A stretch of DNA of 32,000 bases from Erysipelotrichaceae bacterium. GTDB lineage: Bacteria; Bacillota_I; Bacilli_A; Erysipelotrichales; Erysipelotrichaceae. Shown one piece after another: positions 23,915 through 31,144 of the stretch (its first letter is position 1; the number at the start of each line of letters is the position of its first letter). Below the pieces are notes generated by a model, which ran no database searches, had not been told where the DNA came from, and saw only the letters and a list, made by a program, of their open reading frames with translations. A program made the position numbers and the translations under genes. The stretch covers positions 150,001 to 182,000 of the forward strand of contig JAUVVC010000004.1 of the NCBI GenBank assembly GCA_030604855.1. Direction: 5' to 3'.

Positions 23915-24505
23915 ATGAAAATAGATGACAGTTACACATTACAAACAGAACGATTGATCTTACGTCACTTTACTGAGAATGATTTTGAAGCTTTGTATAC
24001 CTTACTCAAGGATGAAGAGGTGAATACCTTTCTACCCTGGTATCCAGTGATGACCATTGAACAAGCACGCGACTTCTTGAAGGAAAGATTTCTGGATGAA
24101 TACGCAAAAGGTCATTGTTTTCGTTATGCGATCTGTCTAAAAGATGACAGTCAAGTTATTGGATATGTCAGCTTGTCGAGCGATGATAGTCATGATCTTG
24201 GTTATGCGCTTTTGAAAGAACATTGGCACAAAGGCTATGCCTTAGAGGCATCACGTGCTGTCATTGAGCGATTAAAGGAAGAAGGACTGTCCTACATCAC
24301 GGCCACACATGACATTCACAATCCACGGAGTGGTGAAGTGATGAAGAAGCTTGGTATGACGTATAAATATTCATACATCGAGCAGTGGCGACCCAAGAAT
24401 ATCCCTGTGACTTTCCGCATGTATCAACTCAACCTGGATGGTCAAGATCGTACGTTCATGAAATACTGGAATTTATACGAACAACACTTCATAGAGACAC
24501 AATAA
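23915..24505 (+). CDS. GNAT family N-acetyltransferase (RimJ/RimL-like)
   Basis: TERLILRHFTENDFEALY, IGYVSL and HWHKGYALEA match the GNAT acetyl-CoA region pattern. The ATG at 23915 has GGAGGG 6 nt upstream. Confidence 0.8.
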   Translation: MKIDDSYTLQTERLILRHFTENDFEALYTLLKDEEVNTFLPWYPVMTIEQARDFLKERFLDEYAKGHCFRYAICLKDDSQVIGYVSLSSDDSHDLGYALLKEHWHKGYALEASRAVIERLKEEGLSYITATHDIHNPRSGEVMKKLGMTYKYSYIEQWRPKNIPVTFRMYQLNLDGQDRTFMKYWNLYEQHFIETQ

Positions 24506-24530
24506 AAGCCTGCAGAACGCTGCAGGCTTT
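24505..24530. terminator. Bidirectional intrinsic terminator between the convergent GNAT and DUF2202 genes
   Basis: 11-bp stem AAAGCCTGCAG/CTGCAGGCTTT with loop AACG. A-run on the 5' side and T-run on the 3' side. Confidence 0.8.
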
Positions 24531-24534
24531 GTCT

Positions 24535-25119
24535 TTAGTATGAACCTCTTCTAAACGATCTGCCACGCATGCCACCTTGGTGCCATCCAGAGAATGCATC
24601 AAGATTGCCTTCATTCGCAATCACCTGATTGAAGGCATTGAGATGTTGGATGGACGCATTCATCAATCGTTCAAAGGTAAAACGAACATCATCCGGTAAA
24701 TCTTCATCCAAATACCTTTCATAAAGTGCGATGTTTGCCTCCTCAGCTTCTTTCCCTAAGGTGTACGTATCCATCAGGTCGGATGGTAAGTTGGGTGTTC
24801 TTGCACTCAAGCTCGGAATTTGAATGTTGTAGCGAACATAAACACGTTCCAACGCATTCATGTGTCGTGATTCAGCTTGGATCAGATTTGCATAGAGCAA
24901 ATTTGATCCAAATTCATCGATGATTTCTTCATATGTAGATCTTGTATTGTATTCATCCTGATATAAGACATCTAACATGGACTTCAATTCAGTGGTTTCA
25001 ATGTCCAAGGTATTGCCATTTAGTTGTGACAGTATCGTATTTCTTTGGTATTCATTGAACTTGAACGATGCGAAAAGCAAGAGTATAACAATCAGCGCTA
25101 AGCCAAGTATCTTTTTCAT
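24535..25119 (-). CDS. Secreted or membrane-anchored DUF2202/ferritin-like four-helix protein
   Basis: N-terminal hydrophobic anchor MKKILGLALIVILLLFASF. Helices carry E...ExxH (QAESRHMNAL), EAEEANIALYE and ASIQHLNAF. The ATG at 25119 has GGAGG upstream. Family recognised from motifs only. Confidence 0.55.
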   Translation of the reverse strand: MKKILGLALIVILLLFASFKFNEYQRNTILSQLNGNTLDIETTELKSMLDVLYQDEYNTRSTYEEIIDEFGSNLLYANLIQAESRHMNALERVYVRYNIQIPSLSARTPNLPSDLMDTYTLGKEAEEANIALYERYLDEDLPDDVRFTFERLMNASIQHLNAFNQVIANEGNLDAFSGWHQGGMRGRSFRRGSY

Positions 25120-25175
25120 AGGGACCTCCATGGAACTATGATCAAAGCATAGCCCTTAGATGTTACAAAAGTGTT

Positions 25176-25204
25176 AAGAAAAAAGAAATTCCGAAGAATT
25201 TCTT
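25176..25204 (-). terminator. Intrinsic terminator after nrdJ
   Basis: Minus strand: stem AAGAAATTC/GAATTTCTT with loop TTCG, then TTTTCTT. The 5' arm overlaps the nrdJ stop codon. Confidence 0.7.
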
Positions 25205-27719
25205 ATAAACCACATTTCAATTGAGCATTACAGTTGGTGCAGGTGTTACATCCACCCATTTCCTCAACCGTACCTTCTAAGCAGATTGGACAAATATCCC
25301 CAACTTCTACACCGATGTTTCGATCCTGGCGATCGGCACGTAAATCGGTTTTCTTTTCATCAACTTGCTTTTCTTTCACGTTGATCCCGAAATCATGCAC
25401 GATGTCCATTTGAGACCAGTTCGCATCCTCATCATTAGTCAATGAGAGAACCTGACTGTCACGCGAACCATCCACATAGACAGTACCACCCTTGGCCTTA
25501 CCATCATACAAGCGCTCATAGATTCTTTGAACTTGTCGAACGGAGAAGCCACGAGGCGCATTTACAGTCTTCGAGATGGACGAATCGATCCAACGTTGAA
25601 TCGCACATTGCGTATCCGCATGTTCCTCAGGTGAGAGCTCCATGGCGCTTACAAAGATATCAGGTAATGTTTCTTTTGTGTATTCTGGATGGATTGCCAA
25701 CCAATCTTCTACGATTTGTGCATTCACTTCGATGTATTTACCCAAACGACCACTTCTGAAATAGGAGAAGGAGAAGTAAGGCTCCAATCCTGTGGATACA
25801 CCCACCATGGTTCCCGTTGAACCCGTTGGCGCAATCGTCAAGAGATGGGAATTGCGGATACCATGATCCAAGACTGCTTGACGAACATCCTCGCTCATCG
25901 TACGCATGTAGCCAGTATTGATAAAGGCTTCGCGGCTGGTCAAGAATGGGAAGGAACCCTTCTCTTTAGCCAACTCCACTGAAGTCATGTAGGCAGTCTC
26001 CGCAATGACACGGAAGACTTCATCAATGGTTTTGATGGAATCGACGGAACCATAACGTTTACCCGCCCAAATCAATAAGTCATGAAGACCCATGACACCC
26101 AAGCCGATACGACGCTCACCGAGCGCTTGTTCACGGTTGGGCTCCAAGAAGTAAGGAGTATCATCGATGACATTATCCTGCATACGAACCGTCAAGGCGA
26201 CGGTACGACTGAGTTTATCATAGAGGACTTCACCACTCTTGCGATCCACAAAGTTCGCTAAGTTGATGGCTGCTAAGTTACAGACAGAATAAGGCGCAAG
26301 AGGTTGTTCGCCACATGGATTCGTTGCGACGACTTTTTGCCCATACGCCTTCGCGTTGGTCATGTCATTCGCATTATCAATGAAGAAGATACCTGGTTCT
26401 GCGGAATAGGTCGCACAGAAACTGATCAGATCCCACAAATCACGTGCACGGATGGTGCGGTAGACTTTGACAGGATAACCCATCTTGACCCAATCACGGA
26501 CATCACCGATCTCATGCCAATGGCGATCGTATACTTCTTTTTGTTCTTTCGTATAATCTTGTAAATCAGGGAAACGAAGTTCAAACATGCCATCTTCTTT
26601 GACCGCATTCATGAAATCACGAGTCAAGGTAACGGAGATGTTTGCCCCCGATAAAAATTCTGGATTGACGACATTCAATGTACCGCCATCCGCTAGACGT
26701 TCACGTGCATAATCCGAGACATGCACCGGAACATTCTTATTTTCAGCTAAGGATTCGTAGATTTCACGCTCGATCCTTGATAAAGCTGTGAATTTGAGCT
26801 TGCGCTCTGCTTCATGACGGATTTGTTCATCCTTTGAATTTTCCATCAACCATTTGAGAACCCGTGGATTCTGCATCTTCGAGATGATGAACTCAATGAT
26901 ATCGGGATGCCAATCTGCCAACATGATCATTTGAGCACCACGACGTGAACCGCCTTGCTCAACCAAATGGGTCAGATTCGCAATGTCGTTCAGCCAACTG
27001 ACCGCACCACTGGACTTGCCACCGACACCCTTTGCAGGGGCTGCTTTTGGACGTAAGGTCGAACCATTGGTCCCGACCCCACCCCCACGTGACATGATCT
27101 CCATGACTTCTTTACGATGATTGGAAATACCACCACGCGAGTCATGAATGAAAGGCATGACGAAGCAGTTGAAATAGGTGACTTGCGTTTGACTGCCGGC
27201 CCCATAAAGGACACGACCTGCCGGAATGACATTCATTTCCGCCAGTTCTTCCGCAAAGAGATCGCTGTAATGATCCTTCAATACATCGGTTTGTTCCGTG
27301 GAAGCCAAGGACTTACCGACACGTTTTGCGATCTGCTCATAATAGATTTCCAAAGGTTTATCAATCTGCTTGAACGGACGACGAATGATTCCCGTCAACG
27401 CTTCGGTCTCATCTTCCAAGGACGCTCTGAATTCTTCTTCCAAGCGTACTTTTACCCATTCTTCTTCGCGATTGATCTCAATGACTTGACCAATCCCACG
27501 GGATGGGAATTTTGGATCTTCTTTTACAATGGTCACGACGACATCATCGACGCCCAAAGTCTTTAAACTACGGTCTTTTTGTGAGTAACGATCCAACATG
27601 ACTAAACGGCTCACACCACTGTGTGTCAGTTTAAAACCTTCTTCGATGGTGAAGATATGATGGAAGTGACTGCGGATATCCGCGTTCAATTTCGTAATTG
27701 TGGACTGTGTATAGCTCAT
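25203..27719 (-). CDS. nrdJ: Adenosylcobalamin-dependent (class II) ribonucleotide reductase
   Basis: 838 aa. Thiyl-radical loop TNPCGEQPLAPY, RNR barrel motifs, and a C-terminal Cys-rich tail CPICLEGTVEEMGGCNTCTNCNAQLKCGL. Confidence 0.93.
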   Translation of the reverse strand: MSYTQSTITKLNADIRSHFHHIFTIEEGFKLTHSGVSRLVMLDRYSQKDRSLKTLGVDDVVVTIVKEDPKFPSRGIGQVIEINREEEWVKVRLEEEFRASLEDETEALTGIIRRPFKQIDKPLEIYYEQIAKRVGKSLASTEQTDVLKDHYSDLFAEELAEMNVIPAGRVLYGAGSQTQVTYFNCFVMPFIHDSRGGISNHRKEVMEIMSRGGGVGTNGSTLRPKAAPAKGVGGKSSGAVSWLNDIANLTHLVEQGGSRRGAQMIMLADWHPDIIEFIISKMQNPRVLKWLMENSKDEQIRHEAERKLKFTALSRIEREIYESLAENKNVPVHVSDYARERLADGGTLNVVNPEFLSGANISVTLTRDFMNAVKEDGMFELRFPDLQDYTKEQKEVYDRHWHEIGDVRDWVKMGYPVKVYRTIRARDLWDLISFCATYSAEPGIFFIDNANDMTNAKAYGQKVVATNPCGEQPLAPYSVCNLAAINLANFVDRKSGEVLYDKLSRTVALTVRMQDNVIDDTPYFLEPNREQALGERRIGLGVMGLHDLLIWAGKRYGSVDSIKTIDEVFRVIAETAYMTSVELAKEKGSFPFLTSREAFINTGYMRTMSEDVRQAVLDHGIRNSHLLTIAPTGSTGTMVGVSTGLEPYFSFSYFRSGRLGKYIEVNAQIVEDWLAIHPEYTKETLPDIFVSAMELSPEEHADTQCAIQRWIDSSISKTVNAPRGFSVRQVQRIYERLYDGKAKGGTVYVDGSRDSQVLSLTNDEDANWSQMDIVHDFGINVKEKQVDEKKTDLRADRQDRNIGVEVGDICPICLEGTVEEMGGCNTCTNCNAQLKCGL

Positions 27720-27744
27720 AAAAATTCCCCTTTAAGTAATTTCC

Positions 27745-27767
27745 ATTCTACCATACGACGGTAGAAT
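27745..27767 (-). promoter_or_regulatory. Inverted repeat overlapping a candidate extended -10 element upstream of nrdJ
   Basis: Plus strand reads ATTCTACC-ATACGAC-GGTAGAAT. The minus strand reads TGGTAGAAT (TGn + TAGAAT) about 25 nt upstream of the nrdJ ATG. No U-tract follows, so it is not a terminator. Confidence 0.3.
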
Positions 27768-27817
27768 TCTTTCCTGAAAATGATTTACATGATGAAATCT
27801 CTCTATCTGTCCAAAAA

Positions 27818-28282
27818 CTAAACCAGTTCTTGAACGAAGATATAATCGGATAAACGATTGATGTATTGGAATACCTTGGCATCAATGGCTTGCGTCTCAT
27901 GAACCGTAACCAATGAGCGTTCCGCACGTCTTACAACGGTACGGACATAGTGCAGAAAAGCCGCTCTACGATCATCAAACGGATAAATGAAATTGGCATA
28001 ATGGCCTTGTTTGGCTTCGATGGTTTCTTCCAAACGATGGATTGCCGCATCCAGATCGATCTCATTTTGATAGCGTGAGACATAGCCTGAAATCTCATAA
28101 AGTTCACGTACGATCTTAGCCCAAGGCTCTTTATCCAAACCTAATTCAGCTTGCATATGAATGATCAGACTACTGCACTCATCGATATTGCCAAGGGCTT
28201 CAATGATGGGATCATTCTTTAAAACACGTCCATTCTTGATGGCGGTCGTTCCACGATCGCCGGTTTTGGTTGTGACTGGCAT
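27818..28282 (-). CDS. pduO: PduO-type ATP:cob(I)alamin adenosyltransferase
   Basis: N-terminal TKTGDRGTT motif followed by EALGNIDECSS. 154 aa. The start lies 1 nt after the stop of the upstream gene. Confidence 0.88.
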   Translation of the reverse strand: MPVTTKTGDRGTTAIKNGRVLKNDPIIEALGNIDECSSLIIHMQAELGLDKEPWAKIVRELYEISGYVSRYQNEIDLDAAIHRLEETIEAKQGHYANFIYPFDDRRAAFLHYVRTVVRRAERSLVTVHETQAIDAKVFQYINRLSDYIFVQELV

Positions 28283-28283
28283 C

Positions 28284-28787
28284 TTATCCCCACTTTCTGA
28301 GCAATGTGCTCAATAATTTCGATAAAGGCTTATACAAAATCAGTATAAGACTATAATTCGAGAATGCGTGGATAATGTCAAAACTAATGCCCCGAATCCA
28401 ATAGATCACACCCATATTGAAACCATACATCAATGCATGTTGGATTGAGAATAGAAAACCAAAGGCAAAGCCATAGAACGCTCCCAGCAGCGCCCAGAGA
28501 TGACTGTTGTCCTTAATGAATTGTTTTAACAACTGAACGATGAAAACCCACAATGCCCAAATCCATAAATAAGCGACCACCCAATCCCCAAAACCCCAAA
28601 CCAGGGCTTCAAGCGTACTGAACACAAAGACAACAACCAGACTTTCTTTGAATGTCAATACGCAAGCTAGAAGCAAAAACCACAAAGTCACCAGTTCCAC
28701 ATTGGGCAGAAACGATAGACTGACTTGTAGTGCGAGTGCCGAGGCAGCGAAGAGGGCAAGTAGAACAAGTTTACGGACGGTAAACAT
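28284..28787 (-). CDS. ECF-transporter S-component-like membrane protein, candidate cobalamin-specific (CbrT-like)
   Basis: 167 aa with about 6 TM segments and an N-terminus typical of S components (FTVRKLVLLALFAASALAL). Sits in a B12-riboswitch operon between a DUF4430-like gene and pduO. Specificity is inferred from context. Confidence 0.55.
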   Translation of the reverse strand: MFTVRKLVLLALFAASALALQVSLSFLPNVELVTLWFLLLACVLTFKESLVVVFVFSTLEALVWGFGDWVVAYLWIWALWVFIVQLLKQFIKDNSHLWALLGAFYGFAFGFLFSIQHALMYGFNMGVIYWIRGISFDIIHAFSNYSLILILYKPLSKLLSTLLRKWG

Positions 28788-28789
28788 GG

Positions 28790-29233
28790 TTAATAACTCG
28801 AAGTGAAGTCAAAGATGAAAATATCTTTGTCGTATAAAGGTGTAATGTCCACACCTGGGCAGAAACCAGCACTGACACAATCAGGATTGGTAGTAGAATT
28901 AAACAACCACCAAGGGCCAACGGCACTGTCCTTTGTCACATGCTCACCGATTCCGACGATGTAGCGACCAAATTGATCCGTCACATTGCCGGCAAATTCG
29001 ACATCCAAACCTTCCTCTTCCAAAACGGATTCGAGAAACGTTCCAAGCATCTCGTCATCCGTCCGTTTGGTGACGTCCAATACGATCAGATCTTGATCGG
29101 CTTGGTCGACTTGAATGATGATTTGGACTTCTTTGGATCCTTCATTACCTTGACGCATGAAATAGTTGTATGCGCTAAGGGATGCGATGAATGCGATGGA
29201 TGCCAATGCAATGCGAATGATGTTTTTCTTCAT
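28790..29233 (-). CDS. Membrane-anchored DUF4430-like (transcobalamin beta-domain-like) protein, candidate extracellular B12 binder
   Basis: N-terminal anchor MKKNIIRIALASIAFIASL and C-terminal GPWWLFNSTTNP...LYDKDIFIFDF pattern. First gene after the cobalamin riboswitch. The ATG at 29233 has AGGAGG 8 nt upstream; the ORF-track start at 29263 lies in the terminator hairpin. Confidence 0.5.
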   Translation of the reverse strand: MKKNIIRIALASIAFIASLSAYNYFMRQGNEGSKEVQIIIQVDQADQDLIVLDVTKRTDDEMLGTFLESVLEEEGLDVEFAGNVTDQFGRYIVGIGEHVTKDSAVGPWWLFNSTTNPDCVSAGFCPGVDITPLYDKDIFIFDFTSSY

Positions 29234-29251
29234 GTTGGGGGCCTCCTTTAC

Positions 29252-29277
29252 AAAAAAATACACATCTAGGATGTGTA
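29252..29277 (-). terminator. Riboswitch expression-platform terminator
   Basis: Minus strand: stem TACACATC/GATGTGTA with loop CTA, then TTTTTTT, directly upstream of the AGGAGG SD. Confidence 0.6.
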
Positions 29278-29329
29278 TTAAAAAGACAGGCTAATGTCTT
29301 TTTATCTTGTTCCCAGAAGATAAAATTAC

Positions 29330-29500
29330 GCTTAATATTGGCAGGTCTACTGGCTAATCATTCATCCTCTAGGAACCTTCCCGCAGCGTTTCGTTTACGA
29401 TACGCCTTTGCAGTGGCTATTTCCTATTGTCCTGATTTACAGTTGCTGGGACAGCTCCATTTCATGGATTCCCTCTTCGGCATAAATGCACCAAGCTAAG
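29330..29500 (-). promoter_or_regulatory. Cobalamin riboswitch aptamer (Rfam Cobalamin family)
   Basis: Conserved blocks read on the minus strand: AGAGGGAA, GCUGUCCCAGCAACUGUAA, GCCACUG, GGGAAGG, and the B12 box AGCCAGUAGACCUGCC (plus 29340-29355). Confidence 0.85.
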
Positions 29501-29507
29501 CATTACC

Positions 29508-29536
29508 ATTATATGCTTGTTTGAGTGATCAAACAA
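29508..29536 (-). promoter_or_regulatory. Candidate promoter for the riboswitch operon
   Basis: Minus strand: TTGTTT (plus 29531-29536), 17-nt spacer, TATAAT (plus 29508-29513). Confidence 0.45.
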
Positions 29537-29569
29537 CCACAAACGTAAAAAGATATTTATGAAAGTTTT

Positions 29570-29578
29570 TGTTATAAT
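29570..29578 (+). promoter_or_regulatory. Candidate extended -10 promoter for ispD
   Basis: TGTTATAAT about 25 nt upstream of the ispD ATG. No clear -35 element. Confidence 0.4.
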
Positions 29579-29602
29579 AATGAAAACACAAAGGGGACAG
29601 CT

Positions 29603-30244
29603 ATGCATTATTCGGTGCTCATTGTAGCGGGTGGTAAAGGTCAACGGATGGGCCTCGGCTACAATAAGGTTTTTTATCCACTCAAAGATGGTCATACCGT
29701 ACTGGAAACAACCCTTCAGTTGTTTTTAAACGATGAGAGATGTAAACAGATCGTCATCGTGACCAATCCGGATGATCTCTACCAAGTCACCTCACGTCAT
29801 GAGATGGGACGCATCGTCAATGTCGGAGGTGGACCGACACGACAAGACTCTGTGTACAATGGATTGATGTGTGTCACTGAAGATCTGATTCTGGTTCACG
29901 ATGCCGCAAGACCTTGGTGTTCTCAAGAATTGATTGATGATTTGCTAAAAGCCATGGAAACCGAACAAGCCGCTTTGCTTGCGGTTGAAGTCAAAGATAC
30001 GGTTAAAGAAGTCAAAGATGGGTATGTGGTCAAGACAGTGGAGCGATCAACCTTACGTCATGCGCAAACCCCTCAAGCATTTAAGACAAGTTTGTTGTTG
30101 AAGTGCATACATAAAGCACAAGCCGATCATTTCAAAGCGAGCGATGATGCACAGTTGATTGAACGCTATAGTGATGTGCCGATCAAAATCGTTCAAGGAT
30201 CCTATGCCAATATTAAAATAACGACCCAAGAGGACGTTCGATAA
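29603..30244 (+). CDS. ispD: 2-C-methyl-D-erythritol 4-phosphate cytidylyltransferase (IspD/TarI family)
   Basis: VAGGKGQRMG, LVHDAARPW, AQTPQAF and NIKITTQEDV motifs. 213 aa. IspD and TarI cannot be told apart from these motifs alone. Confidence 0.75.
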   Translation: MHYSVLIVAGGKGQRMGLGYNKVFYPLKDGHTVLETTLQLFLNDERCKQIVIVTNPDDLYQVTSRHEMGRIVNVGGGPTRQDSVYNGLMCVTEDLILVHDAARPWCSQELIDDLLKAMETEQAALLAVEVKDTVKEVKDGYVVKTVERSTLRHAQTPQAFKTSLLLKCIHKAQADHFKASDDAQLIERYSDVPIKIVQGSYANIKITTQEDVR

Positions 30245-30250
30245 GGAGTT

Positions 30251-30640
30251 ATGATGTTTAAAGGAAAGATCCTGGTCTATCTCACAATCTTACTGGTGTT
30301 GAGTGCATGCATGAGAGAACCTGTCGCAGTGGATTGTCGCATCAATCGCATGGCGGAGAGTTTTGCTTTCATGAGTGACGATGCGGAAGTGTGTCAGGGC
30401 TATTATGAGCTGGTCAAGGATGTCCCGTTCAAAACGATCTATACCAATGATTCCATCTTGAGACCCACTGAGTTGCTGATTTTTGTGGTAAGTTTAACGA
30501 TTGGTCCGGAACGTCAATACATGATTCAATCCGACGGCGTGATCTCATATTATGATGGAGATCGCTTGAAGCGCGGAACCGTGAGCATTGAAGTGTATGA
30601 ACAGTTAGAACAAGCGCTTGAAGATGCGAAAAAGGGTTAG
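30251..30640 (+). CDS. Small lipoprotein of unknown function
   Basis: Signal peptide with lipobox LVLSAC (Cys20). AAGGAG SD upstream. I recognise no family. Confidence 0.7.
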   Translation: MMFKGKILVYLTILLVLSACMREPVAVDCRINRMAESFAFMSDDAEVCQGYYELVKDVPFKTIYTNDSILRPTELLIFVVSLTIGPERQYMIQSDGVISYYDGDRLKRGTVSIEVYEQLEQALEDAKKG

Positions 30641-30739
30641 GATCGGATGCGTTTTAAGCGTATAACATAAGGACCAAACGATATTTTGTGGAATTTACTT
30701 TTGCAAACAAGTGGGTTGAATGAGAATCTAAGCTTGATG

Positions 30740-30768
30740 TTTACTTTTGTTGATTGTGATGTTATAAT
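30740..30768 (+). promoter_or_regulatory. Candidate promoter for rpsF-ssb-rpsR
   Basis: TTTACT (30740-30745), 17-nt spacer, TATAAT (30763-30768), with a TGn extended -10 (TGTTATAAT). Confidence 0.55.
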
Positions 30769-30797
30769 GCTAAGCACGAGTAGATAAAAATTATTTA

Positions 30798-30832
30798 CTC
30801 CTTGCCTGAAAAGGCCAATAGACCATAAGGAG
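30798..30832 (+). promoter_or_regulatory. SD-sequestering hairpin in the rpsF 5' UTR (candidate S6:S18 autoregulatory leader)
   Basis: CTCCTT (30798-30803) pairs with AAGGAG (30827-32, the SD). Inner stem GCCT-GAAA-AGGC. An 11-nt 3' bulge. Confidence 0.35.
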
Positions 30833-30840
30833 GTGAACAC

Positions 30841-31131
30841 ATGAGAAATTATGAAATCATGTACATCGTCAAAGCTACGTTAGAGGAAGCAGCACGTCTG
30901 GAACTCGTTGAGAACCTACACGCTATTCTGACGAACGATGAAGCGGTTATCAAGCACGTTGATGACTGGGGACTTCGTGAATTTGCTTACGAAATCGATG
31001 ATATGACGAAGGGTTACTATACAGTGTTGAAGGTTGAAGCTAAACCTGAGACGATCAAAGAATTTGATCGTTTGGCACGTATCAATACCAATGTTGTACG
31101 TTTCTTGATTCTGAATTTAGAAGATAACTAA
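30841..31131 (+). CDS. rpsF: 30S ribosomal protein S6
   Basis: 96 aa starting MRNYEIMYIV, with WGLREFAYEI. Confidence 0.95.
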   Translation: MRNYEIMYIVKATLEEAARLELVENLHAILTNDEAVIKHVDDWGLREFAYEIDDMTKGYYTVLKVEAKPETIKEFDRLARINTNVVRFLILNLEDN

Positions 31132-31144
31132 TAAGGGGACAATT

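Noticed and set aside
27720-27817. NrdR boxes upstream of nrdJ.
   Set aside because: I found no tandem 16-bp ACACnATATATnGTGT-like palindromes. Only the unrelated ATTCTACC-N7-GGTAGAAT repeat is present, and it is reported separately.
29462-29695. 77-aa minus-strand ORF spanning the riboswitch promoter region and the 5' end of ispD.
   Set aside because: It overlaps the cobalamin riboswitch aptamer and promoter as well as the ispD start. It has no SD and no recognisable protein features.
30637-30840. 67-aa minus-strand ORF in the lipoprotein-rpsF spacer.
   Set aside because: It is antisense to the rpsF promoter and leader. It has no SD, and the region is better explained as regulatory.
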